55,635 nucleotides of DNA from an uncultured Candidatus Saccharibacteria bacterium (GTDB lineage Bacteria > Patescibacteriota > Minisyncoccia > Phycocordibacterales > UBA9973). Both the position numbers and the translations under genes were made by a program. Numbering within the stretch: position 1 is the first letter of the stretch; every line of letters begins with the position of its first letter. Of the stretch, positions 1-8,498 are shown piece by piece. The notes beneath the pieces are model-generated. The model saw nothing but the letters and a program-made list of their open reading frames with translations. It was not told where the DNA came from and did no database searches. The DNA lies in the NCBI GenBank assembly GCA_964439045.1, contig CAYTMO010000002.1, positions 1-55,635 of the forward strand, given 5' to 3'.

Positions 1-1383
1 AGTATAACTACAAAAAAAGCAGTAATCTTTGGGTTTACTTCTTGGGTATATAAATACTACGAACAAAGGAAGAATGATCCATTTTATAAGACTGCACTAA
101 ATCAATTATTTTTGGCTCTAAGAAAAGAGAATTTTTATCATTACTCTAATATCCCAGACGATTTAAACTACTACCTTGCAACCTACATAAAAGCATCTGA
201 AATTTCAGATAAAAGTTCATTTAGTTGGGATACATGGGGTATGCCTGAAGGTCGTGTTTATACAATAACAATTAGAGGTGATCTTAAAAACCTACTTATA
301 GATAGACTTCTTGACGTTACTGTAAAAAATAAAGACCTAGAGATACAAGTAAAAGGTAAAAATTATAATGACGAACTTGCACTTCTGAAAGAAAATTCAG
401 AGTTTGATCCATTCAAAAATAAAACACTTGAATCTTTTTATTCAACAAGTGGTATTACTGAAGATGAGTTTGGTGTAGTTAAATCTAAGGTTCATTCGAT
501 ATTTAAAATAATTTCAGAAAAATATGACGAAGATGTACGCATAAATCTAATAGAGCAACCATTGGATGAAGCTAAATTTACTAATTTTGGAAAAGAGAAT
601 TTTAATTCATATGCAAAATCAAGAGTCATGTTTAGAATTAGTAACTTTATAAAAGATTCAGTAAAAAGAAAGAGTGGCTTTGGTTATAATATACTGCTTC
701 ACAAAGAGCAGTTTGTGGTTGAAACAAATATTCACTATACAAACGATGATCAGTTTGGTGAGAATTTGGCTCGCTCAGAAGACAATAAAATACTTGAAGC
801 AATCTATAAAAAATTCACGAAAATACCACCTTTAGCTAAAGAAAAAATCGGAGAGGTTGTTTCTAAAAATAAAAATATAAAGTCTATTGTTTTATGGACT
901 AATAACTATTTTAACATTCAAGACACTAATCAAGGAAACTTTAGACCACACTGGCAAGATCAAGGTTCAAAGATGGATAAAGGCTCATACTATCAGGGAT
1001 CCCTGGATGGTGTGGATGTTTATATGGTCTACAGGTTTGACGAACATAAATCTTACCCAGATACATTATTTGCATTTGAAAAAGAAGCATTCTCTATGAA
1101 AGAATTCGAGCTGGAGATGGAACCAATTGATAATGTGCAAACTAAAATTTTTAATGGCAATGATACATCTGTTCATCTATCTGTTACCAATTTATCTGAT
1201 CTAGAAGATGAGAGGGTTAAAATCGTAGAAAAGTGGATATCCGATGATCCAACTGAAGTAATTGATAAAGATGCTAAAATCACTGAACTTAAAACTAATG
1301 TTGTTTTCAAGTTCTTTAAGGGTATCGATACTGAAGACCTTTCGGTAAATCAAGATAAGGTTAAAATCTTCGAATTAAGGTAG
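1..1383 (+). CDS. hypothetical protein, 5' end outside window
   Basis: Frame 1 is open from nt 1 to the TAG at 1381-1383. The listed start at 112 is only an internal TTG. No motif recognised. Confidence 0.6.
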   Translation, partial: SITTKKAVIFGFTSWVYKYYEQRKNDPFYKTALNQLFLALRKENFYHYSNIPDDLNYYLATYIKASEISDKSSFSWDTWGMPEGRVYTITIRGDLKNLLIDRLLDVTVKNKDLEIQVKGKNYNDELALLKENSEFDPFKNKTLESFYSTSGITEDEFGVVKSKVHSIFKIISEKYDEDVRINLIEQPLDEAKFTNFGKENFNSYAKSRVMFRISNFIKDSVKRKSGFGYNILLHKEQFVVETNIHYTNDDQFGENLARSEDNKILEAIYKKFTKIPPLAKEKIGEVVSKNKNIKSIVLWTNNYFNIQDTNQGNFRPHWQDQGSKMDKGSYYQGSLDGVDVYMVYRFDEHKSYPDTLFAFEKEAFSMKEFELEMEPIDNVQTKIFNGNDTSVHLSVTNLSDLEDERVKIVEKWISDDPTEVIDKDAKITELKTNVVFKFFKGIDTEDLSVNQDKVKIFELR

Positions 1384-1447
1384 CTGTTGGTAACCTTGCT
1401 ACACAATAATCTTAATGTAAGCTAGACTACAAAAATACCATTTAAAA

Positions 1448-1661
1448 TGGTATAATCAGTTTACAATTGAATACAGTCGACCTAACCCCTTAGGATTTCT
1501 TAAGGATATGGTTGCAAATCGCAACGAGCATAAAGAACCTATCACTAGGGTCGCTCGTTGCGTTATATCTGGAAACGGATATATGAGTCGCAAGACTCTA
1601 CCTAGTGGTAGGCTTTTTGCGTCTTACCCTAGAATTATAAATAATACGCAAGAAAAAAATT
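1448..1661 (+). promoter_or_regulatory. extended -10 promoter plus about 200-nt structured leader with terminator-like hairpin
   Basis: TGGTATAAT at 1448-1456. Hairpins at 1481-1494, 1520-1529/1553-1562 (10 bp perfect), 1564-1569/1578-1583, 1585-1598 (GCAA tetraloop) and 1598-1611 followed by TTTTT. Confidence 0.5.
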
Positions 1662-2117
1662 ATGAATAACCAAAATCGCAACGAGCAAGTTTGGAGTAAA
1701 GTTCTTAGTTCAAATGAAGAACTTAAATATGAGTTTTCAATAGGAAGCCAATATATAAAAACTTACCTCATTATTTGGGGAATTATTAGTTTGTGTACTC
1801 TTATGCTTGCTCCTATTGTATTTGCCTTGGCATTTCTGTATCTAAAAATATATTTACCGAAAGCAAATATTTATGGATTTACAAATAAAAGAGTCCTAAT
1901 ACATAGAGGTTTTTTCTCAACAGATTTAGTTAGTGTAGATTACAGTAAAATAACAGATGTTACAGTGAAAGAATCTTTCCTGGATAAAAGTTTTACTAAA
2001 AGTGGACAGTTGTATATAAACACAGCGGGATCAGGTGGTAAAGAAATCATCTTACAACATGTAGCTAATCCTTATGAGATTAAAAAGAAACTCGATGAAT
2101 TGAGAGATGGTAATTAA
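1662..2117 (+). CDS. membrane protein with bacterial PH-like domain (bPH_2/DUF304, YdbS/YdbT-like)
   Basis: Hydrophobic hairpin IIWGIISLCTLMLAPIVFALAFLYL, followed by a segment (VDYSKITDVTVKE...LYINTAG) resembling bPH_2 from memory. Confidence 0.6.
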   Translation: MNNQNRNEQVWSKVLSSNEELKYEFSIGSQYIKTYLIIWGIISLCTLMLAPIVFALAFLYLKIYLPKANIYGFTNKRVLIHRGFFSTDLVSVDYSKITDVTVKESFLDKSFTKSGQLYINTAGSGGKEIILQHVANPYEIKKKLDELRDGN

Positions 2118-2138
2118 TGATTTCATATTTAATAACGA

Positions 2139-3632
2139 CTATCGAATCTTTTCAAACTTCTCAGAATATTTCTTAATAATGTCTTCGACATCTTCGCTAT
2201 TATTAAGATTAAACGTAAAACATCCCTCTGTAATTTCAAGAACATATAGAAAAGATTCCTCTATATAAAAGTACTCCATTGCAGTATCTAGAAGCATGCT
2301 TAAGCTGTTGTTAAGTAGTAATACCTCGTCTTGATATGAATCAATAAAGCTTTTATAGTGTTCTGTCATATCAATATCAAATGTAGACGAGACCTTTTGA
2401 GCCAATTCTTTGAACTCACATAGTGTTCGGTAATTCTTTATTGGTATTGCATGCTTTTTTACGAAAAGGAACATATTTGAAATTGGCATAAGTAATTCAA
2501 CTTGCTGTTTGTATTCTTTAACAAAAGAAATATTTTCTTTGCAGTTATATAAACTAATGCCAGTTATAATCTGAACCTGTCTATGCATCCCCAAGAAATC
2601 CTTTTCAATTGTTTGCTCCGTAAGCAAGTCAGTATCAAATAATTTTTGAAAATACTCTTTTGATTTTTGCAGTTCAGTATACCAAGCTATAAATAACCCT
2701 TTGTGATTATTTTTTGTGTTTCCATTCCATGTATCAAATCTTTCACTCATAAAAATCGGTGAATATTCTTTTGTAAACAAACCGTCATCTAGCCATAGAA
2801 ATATCTTTTCTTTAATAAGGGATTCTATACTTGTATTTTTACTCTTTGCATATAATTCAATTGCAGATAAGAGGCTTTCTTCAAACTTCTCATCTTTGTC
2901 CATGTACGCAATATGAAGATCATCAGCTAGTTTGATGAAAATCTCTTTAATAGGAAGTTCAGCAAAGAAAACATGGAGTAAGAAGCCGTCCTTTTCTGCT
3001 GTACTGCGTTTTATCTTCTTTGCTCCCTCATAATACATACGCGAATAAATACGATCTATGATCAGGTCCTTGTCTTGTTTAGTGAGAGTATCTCCATTTT
3101 TAAATCTTTCATAAAGAAAAACCTGCTCACTAAGGTAGTTATAATCGCTGGTTGATCCTTCATCCAAAAGAAGCAAATCACTTTGAATGTCTTTTGGAAG
3201 ACTGTTGAAGGTAAATATATGCAGTACTTTTAAGTATTCTAAGTAGGTTTGTGCCGTAACGAACTTTATACTTTCTTCATGGGAAATGTCTTTCAAGAAT
3301 TCAGTCTCAACTTTTTCTTTAAATTTTCTCGCGTGAGAGAGGAGACTATCAATAACTCTCTGATTTCGCAAGAGAGATATTTCGGATCTATATAAAAACA
3401 TCTGAGCATCCATTTTCATGGTATCTTCAAGCTGAACAATATTTATGTATTTGTTGTATTCAATTGCTTCTGATCTACTCGGCATCCATCCTTTAGTTAG
3501 AATATATAAATCAGATTCCGAAAGGTGTCCCTTACCAGTCTTTTCTCTGTGAATATCATTATGAACAAGTGCTTTCACTCGTTCAAATGGAGTTATGTTT
3601 GATCTTCTTAAAATATTGGTGAGACTTTTCAT
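2139..3632 (-). CDS. hypothetical protein (497 aa), last gene of the methyltransferase operon
   Basis: Long ORF abutting the upstream ORF (3632/3634). No Walker A or nuclease motif recognised. Confidence 0.6.
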   Translation of the reverse strand: MKSLTNILRRSNITPFERVKALVHNDIHREKTGKGHLSESDLYILTKGWMPSRSEAIEYNKYINIVQLEDTMKMDAQMFLYRSEISLLRNQRVIDSLLSHARKFKEKVETEFLKDISHEESIKFVTAQTYLEYLKVLHIFTFNSLPKDIQSDLLLLDEGSTSDYNYLSEQVFLYERFKNGDTLTKQDKDLIIDRIYSRMYYEGAKKIKRSTAEKDGFLLHVFFAELPIKEIFIKLADDLHIAYMDKDEKFEESLLSAIELYAKSKNTSIESLIKEKIFLWLDDGLFTKEYSPIFMSERFDTWNGNTKNNHKGLFIAWYTELQKSKEYFQKLFDTDLLTEQTIEKDFLGMHRQVQIITGISLYNCKENISFVKEYKQQVELLMPISNMFLFVKKHAIPIKNYRTLCEFKELAQKVSSTFDIDMTEHYKSFIDSYQDEVLLLNNSLSMLLDTAMEYFYIEESFLYVLEITEGCFTFNLNNSEDVEDIIKKYSEKFEKIR

Positions 3633-3633
3633 A

Positions 3634-3831
3634 TCATTTGTTTTTTCTTAGTGCATTTTCCAAGAACTCGACCCGTTCTTTAAGTTCTGTGTTGACTATA
3701 TTCTTTGAAAGCGTAGAAGTAAGCTTGGCAATCATAGATGCCTGCTTGAGTGACATTTCCTTATTCATCACTTTACGGATGGTATCCGAAAGAATGTTAT
3801 TTATCTCTTCTAGATTAATTGGTTTAGTCAT
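3634..3831 (-). CDS. small helical hypothetical protein (65 aa)
   Basis: ORF packed 1-2 nt from both neighbours (3831/3833 and 3632/3634). Ends in an ELKERVEFLE coiled-coil-like segment. Confidence 0.45.
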   Translation of the reverse strand: MTKPINLEEINNILSDTIRKVMNKEMSLKQASMIAKLTSTLSKNIVNTELKERVEFLENALRKNK

Positions 3832-3832
3832 A

Positions 3833-4207
3833 CTAGTTATTTTCTACGATTTCAAACCAAGCTCTCACTTCATGAGCCTTGCCACTTTTAATAATGTTTT
3901 TGTAGAGTGCAAAGATAACATTTGGGGTTAGCTTTCTTGCCCAAGAATTTATATCCTGAACTAATCCATCTTTCTCAAGTCTTTTGTTCCAATCGGTAAG
4001 CGTTCCGACATCGATATTATATTTTTTTGAGAATTCTAGTTGTGTTTTAATTGCGAGTAACTCAAACACAGTTTCTTCTTCAATGCCAAATTTCTCGAGA
4101 GCTACTCTTGGTTGTCCCTTAAGAAACGAAGGAAGGGACTTCCAAAGAGCGTAAGTCTCGTAGACTTGCTTTTTATATGGATCTTTAGAAAAATCTTCTT
4201 CCTGCAT
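3833..4207 (-). CDS. HTH-containing protein, possibly phage terminase small-subunit-like
   Basis: Putative HTH FSKKYNIDVGTLTDWNKR. Sits directly after two phage-type methyltransferases. Family assignment is from memory only. Confidence 0.5.
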   Translation of the reverse strand: MQEEDFSKDPYKKQVYETYALWKSLPSFLKGQPRVALEKFGIEEETVFELLAIKTQLEFSKKYNIDVGTLTDWNKRLEKDGLVQDINSWARKLTPNVIFALYKNIIKSGKAHEVRAWFEIVENN

Positions 4208-4214
4208 ATATCAC

Positions 4215-4964
4215 TTAAAGCTTTACCGCAGTCTCGCCAGTGAGCCTCTCAAGCCTTGTGAGGGATGTTTGTACATATGCCTCATCAAGCTCTATTCCGA
4301 TACACTTTCGACCCAAGTGCTGACATGCGACCCCTGTTGATCCACTTCCAAGAAATGGGTCATATACAACATCACCAACTCTGGTTGAGTTAAGGATTAT
4401 TTTCCTTAATAGTCCAATTGGTTTTTGCGTGGGGTGGAGTTTAGATTTATGAGGTCTAGGATGATAGATAACATTTCTCGCTTTAGACTGTTCCATTTTG
4501 TGTTTGCCAAACCATCCGTATGCAATCAGTTCATACATCGACAAATAATCCTTTCTGCTCATGACAGGTTGATTCTTTAACCAAATAATCATTTGGCTAT
4601 AATAAAAACCAGCAGACTTCATTCCTAAACGTAAGCTTGGAAACATTAAGTCGGCATTGAAAATATAGACCGCATTGTATTCTTCAAGATATGGAATAGT
4701 TGCACCTAAATATTTGCGAGTGAAATTCTCGTATTTTTCTTCTGATTGCAAATGGTCATTGGCGATAATTTTTTCATTATTAACACCGAGCTTTGAGAGT
4801 CCTATTTTATTTTCTACATAGGCAACACCATAAGGAGGGTCAGTCACGACTGCTCTTATTTTATTGCTTCCTATAACCTTTGCGACAAATTCTTTATCCA
4901 GAGAATCGCCACACCCTATAATGTGATTTCCGACTCTAAAAATATCTCCTTTATTTATTTTCAT
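4215..4964 (-). CDS. DNA methyltransferase (N6-adenine/N4-cytosine, N6_N4_Mtase family)
   Basis: Motifs VVTDPPYG and HPTQKP...DPFLGSGSTG. Overlaps the upstream gene by 14 nt. Confidence 0.9.
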   Translation of the reverse strand: MKINKGDIFRVGNHIIGCGDSLDKEFVAKVIGSNKIRAVVTDPPYGVAYVENKIGLSKLGVNNEKIIANDHLQSEEKYENFTRKYLGATIPYLEEYNAVYIFNADLMFPSLRLGMKSAGFYYSQMIIWLKNQPVMSRKDYLSMYELIAYGWFGKHKMEQSKARNVIYHPRPHKSKLHPTQKPIGLLRKIILNSTRVGDVVYDPFLGSGSTGVACQHLGRKCIGIELDEAYVQTSLTRLERLTGETAVKL

Positions 4965-6219
4965 AGATTTTCTTCGCCTTAAGATTGGTAAATTTTTCCC
5001 AACGATCTATGATAATCGTCGCGAAGAGTAAATCTTTTTCGACCCCACGCCATACACGATTTAATTCTTCACATGCAATCAAATCAGATCCGCTTCCAGC
5101 GAAGCCAGAAAAGATAATATGCATAGGTGCAGAGCATCGTTTGAAAGGCTTTTCATTTAAAGAAACTGGTTTCTGTGTCGGATGTAAATAGCTTTGAGTG
5201 TTATCTCTTTTAACAAGCCAAAGGTCTATCATGTCCTGCAATTCATCAAGAACCTGATTACCAGTTGTTACTTCTTGATTAAGAATTTCATTTGCATTTC
5301 TGAAGTTTGGATTTAAGTATGGTTTACCAAGCGTGCCGTAAGTACATGGCTCATAGAGCCTATTCCAAGCAATTTTCGGAGTGCAGTTCTGGTTCGATTT
5401 TACCCAAAGACAAACTCTTCTTTTCTTGATTTGATATTTATCATACAGAGATTGAGTTAATCCTATGCTATTTGGGTCTGACCAGTAAAAGAAGTGCGAG
5501 TCTGGTTTGGCAAACTTTTTTGCTGTCTCCATGCTCTTACTAATAAATTCAGAGTATTCCTCTTCGCTTTTATTATCTTTGTATTCTCCACCATATTTTC
5601 CTCCGTATTCCCAAGAAATATTATAAGGTGGATCACAGAAGACAATATCGGCGAGATCGTCTTTCATGAGTTCTTTAACTTGGTCTTCATTAGTAGAGTC
5701 GCCAACTAAAAGGCGGTGCTTCCCGAGTTCCCAAACTTCTCCTAACTTCACTTTTGGTGCCACTGTTTCTTTAATAGCTTTTTCAACATCAAAATCATCT
5801 TCAACAAGATCCACATCATCAAATAGATTCTGTAATTCTTCATCTCCAAAACCAACATCAAGAAGCATGTCCATATCGAACTCTTTCAAGAGTTCTTCAT
5901 CCCATGACCCAGTATTCTTATTAAGTCTCAAGTTGAGTTCTTTTTCTTCTTCGAGTGTTAGTTCCCGTGAAGGAATCATGCACTCAATTTCTTCAATACC
6001 AAGATCCGCATACACTTTTATTCGTTGTTCACCTCCAATAATTATATTCGCCCGTGATCCTATATTTAGAACTATTGGCACGACTGTACCAAATTCTCTA
6101 ATAGACTTTTCCAAGTCTCTTCGCTCACTCTCGCTTAACTTTCGCGGATTGTATCCGTTTTTGATCAGGGCACTAAGTTTGCGAGAACTATGTGACCATG
6201 TGGGCTTTTGTTTTGCCAT
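4951..6219 (-). CDS. ParB-like nuclease N-terminal domain fused to DNA methyltransferase
   Basis: N-terminus NPRKLSE...IIGGEQR (ParB/Srx-like), then CDPPYN and HPTQKP...FAGSGS methylase motifs. Confidence 0.85.
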   Translation of the reverse strand: MAKQKPTWSHSSRKLSALIKNGYNPRKLSESERRDLEKSIREFGTVVPIVLNIGSRANIIIGGEQRIKVYADLGIEEIECMIPSRELTLEEEKELNLRLNKNTGSWDEELLKEFDMDMLLDVGFGDEELQNLFDDVDLVEDDFDVEKAIKETVAPKVKLGEVWELGKHRLLVGDSTNEDQVKELMKDDLADIVFCDPPYNISWEYGGKYGGEYKDNKSEEEYSEFISKSMETAKKFAKPDSHFFYWSDPNSIGLTQSLYDKYQIKKRRVCLWVKSNQNCTPKIAWNRLYEPCTYGTLGKPYLNPNFRNANEILNQEVTTGNQVLDELQDMIDLWLVKRDNTQSYLHPTQKPVSLNEKPFKRCSAPMHIIFSGFAGSGSDLIACEELNRVWRGVEKDLLFATIIIDRWEKFTNLKAKKIYENK

Positions 6220-6336
6220 AGGGTTAATTCAGAAGAGGGTCTTAATAATGCTCTTCTACCCTTATTCGTCATTGAATGACAAAATGACAATTTCTTTTTA
6301 TTATCTAAAATTAATTACTGAAAAATCCTTAATACA

Positions 6337-6370
6337 AAAGACCTTTTGCTCTTTGGAACAAAAGGTCTTT
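6337..6370 (-). terminator. intrinsic terminator hairpin after the 231-aa gene
   Basis: Perfect 12-bp stem AAAGACCTTTTG/CAAAAGGTCTTT with a 10-nt loop and U-rich flanks on both strands. Confidence 0.7.
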
Positions 6371-6394
6371 ATTTTGTCATTTAAAACCAGATGA

Positions 6395-7090
6395 CTATAT
6401 TTCTCCTTTAAGTAAAAAGAGAGCTTGATAACCATTCTTCTTGGTGTAGTGAGGAATGGGGTTTGAGTTCATACCAAAGAATTTCTTCAATCCTTCATTT
6501 AGTTCATACTTTACATTTCTACCAAACTTTTTATTCCAGTTAGACTTCGTTAGTGCTCCACCATGTTCAGCCATCACTTGTAGTAGTGTCCATTTAAGAT
6601 CATGTTTATTTGTTTTAGTGTTCATAAAACCCATATCTTTATAATCAAACTTTTGTGACTTCATTCCTGGGTAGGAAACCTTTACAAGGTGCCCATCCAA
6701 AAACTTAATACTTAGACTTTCCCAAGTTGCTTTCTTTGGTAGGATGTACGATGCAACCACAACAGTCTTTTCTTTTTTATTTGATCCAGACCCAATATCT
6801 TCAGTATTAACAATCCGAACATTTTGAACCCTTCTTTCGGGAATAATATAATTTTCTTGAACTAGTTTGTTTATCTCAGCGATTCTTTCTAGCTGTGGGG
6901 CTATATTCCCGTATACAGATTTAACTGTTTCAAGTTGTTTTAGAAGTGGCTTTTCTATCTTTTCTTTCATATCAGCTAGCGATTTTAGAGCTTCTTTAGC
7001 TCCAACAGGAATACTCCCTTCAGGGAAGGTTACAGAGCTTTTCTCGTCTTTCATTTGTTTTGCCACTAATTCGCCAACTGTCATTTTCAT
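6395..7090 (-). CDS. hypothetical protein (231 aa)
   Basis: Clean ORF with its own terminator. No motif recognised. Confidence 0.55.
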   Translation of the reverse strand: MKMTVGELVAKQMKDEKSSVTFPEGSIPVGAKEALKSLADMKEKIEKPLLKQLETVKSVYGNIAPQLERIAEINKLVQENYIIPERRVQNVRIVNTEDIGSGSNKKEKTVVVASYILPKKATWESLSIKFLDGHLVKVSYPGMKSQKFDYKDMGFMNTKTNKHDLKWTLLQVMAEHGGALTKSNWNKKFGRNVKYELNEGLKKFFGMNSNPIPHYTKKNGYQALFLLKGEI

Positions 7091-7169
7091 ACTCTAATTA
7101 TATCAAAATTGGCATTTGTTGGCATTTACCGATACCTATTTACTCTCAGATTTTAAACCAAAATGAGTC

Positions 7170-7616
7170 TTAATTTTGAGTAGGCCAAGAAACGATTTGT
7201 CCGTAGTAGTAATCTGCGATTCGTTCTATATCCTCATTAAATGATTTTTCGTTGTCTACAATTTCTCCTAATCCAAAAAATGGAGAGTCTGGTTCGTGAT
7301 TGATAAAAAAGTCGCCTTGAACACTGTCACAGCTTGGACAAACATTTGCCCAATAAGTTTCATCGCTCATTGCAGTGTGTCTTTGTTTAAGGGTTGTAGG
7401 AATTGGTGCTGGTGGCTCGCTAATTTCGCCCGCTAGTAGCGAATCAGTCCATTTAAAGATAATGATCTCCTTACCGCATTTCCAGCAGTTATAAGGGGTA
7501 TATCTATACTGATACCCTTGGGGAAGCGTAGTATTGGTCTCAGAAGCCACTTTGGCAATTAGTCTCTTAAATTCAGTAGTTTTGTCCATTTCTTTATTAT
7601 AAAAAATACAAACCAT
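7170..7616 (-). CDS. zinc-ribbon protein (CxxC...CxxC), function unknown
   Basis: CWKCGKE and CPSCDS pairs. An alternative start is MDKTT at 7589. Confidence 0.5.
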   Translation of the reverse strand: MVCIFYNKEMDKTTEFKRLIAKVASETNTTLPQGYQYRYTPYNCWKCGKEIIIFKWTDSLLAGEISEPPAPIPTTLKQRHTAMSDETYWANVCPSCDSVQGDFFINHEPDSPFFGLGEIVDNEKSFNEDIERIADYYYGQIVSWPTQN

Positions 7617-7741
7617 TAAAACAATTAGCGACCCACAAACCTAAACTTCTGTATCAAGAACGTGCTAGAATACCCTTACAAGGGTTGCACCTACGGGTAC
7701 CATACCCGAGTACACCGCAAAAAAGTGTTATAATATTTTGT

Positions 7742-8260
7742 ATGAAAAACTTTTTCATACTATTATCGATAATAATTGTCCTAATAGTAATACAGTTAAT
7801 TTTTGGTAGTGCATCATTGATACCATTTGCGGTAGCTTTTTCCCTTTCTTCCGTTGCAATAGGTATATGGTTATCTCTCCAACAATATTCATTGAAATTA
7901 AAATCTGAAAAAGTTGAAACAGATGTAAAGTTGGTAACTATTTTTACAAAAATTATGAACATAGCCCATGCAAGAAGTGGATATGTAGTTTCAGAAAAAG
8001 CTATAGAGAAAATATTTGATAGTGGAATTTTAACTGAAAGTGAAATCAGGAATGCTTCAGCTCTTAACGACAGATTGGAAGAGTCCGCCATTTTAACCAT
8101 ACCTGTAGGTATAGCAGAACAAGATGCTGCCATCGTAGCTATAGCAAAATTAGGAAGTAGGCATGAGGTGTTAAAGGATATTGCTATAGTAGGGCTAAAC
8201 TCTATAAAAAGTTTTAAACCTGAGTTGGCGAATAAGTACCTAAAAGAGCTAGTGGATTAA
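7742..8260 (+). CDS. membrane-anchored hypothetical protein
   Basis: Preferred start MKNFFILL, preceded by TATAAT at 7727-7732. Two TM helices then a soluble domain. The antisense ORF 7654-8133 is judged a shadow. Confidence 0.5.
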   Translation: MKNFFILLSIIIVLIVIQLIFGSASLIPFAVAFSLSSVAIGIWLSLQQYSLKLKSEKVETDVKLVTIFTKIMNIAHARSGYVVSEKAIEKIFDSGILTESEIRNASALNDRLEESAILTIPVGIAEQDAAIVAIAKLGSRHEVLKDIAIVGLNSIKSFKPELANKYLKELVD

Positions 8261-8360
8261 TTCAAAAATCCCTTTTTTATTAATAGATTAGTTCCAACTG
8301 CGCACCAAAACACCCGCAAATGTTTTTAACTTGTTTTAAAGTTTTTGCTATAATAAAACT

Positions 8361-8498
8361 ATGGATACAAAAGATATTGAAAAAGAAGACGAAGAAAATA
8401 GAACTAATAATCAAAATAATACTAGCGATAGTAATAACAAAAACAACAGTACTGGGAATTATGACGAAGAAGAGGCAGAAGTCACGCCAACAGATTAA
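8361..8498 (+). CDS. candidate leaderless small acidic/Asn-rich protein (45 aa)
   Basis: ATG lies 6 nt after the extended -10 TGCTATAAT (8346-8354). MDTKDIEKEDEENRTNNQNN... ends with TAA at 8496-8498. Confidence 0.25.
   Translation: MDTKDIEKEDEENRTNNQNNTSDSNNKNNSTGNYDEEEAEVTPTD

Noticed and set aside
5666-6394. 242-aa Ser-rich plus-strand ORF
   Set aside because: It lies entirely antisense to the well-supported ParB-methyltransferase gene. The low-complexity Ser/Phe composition is typical of a shadow frame of a Lys/Glu-rich gene.
7654-8133. 159-aa minus-strand ORF overlapping the 7742-8260 gene
   Set aside because: It has no plausible start context. The plus-strand alternative has a TATAAT box, clear TM helices and a protein-like soluble domain.
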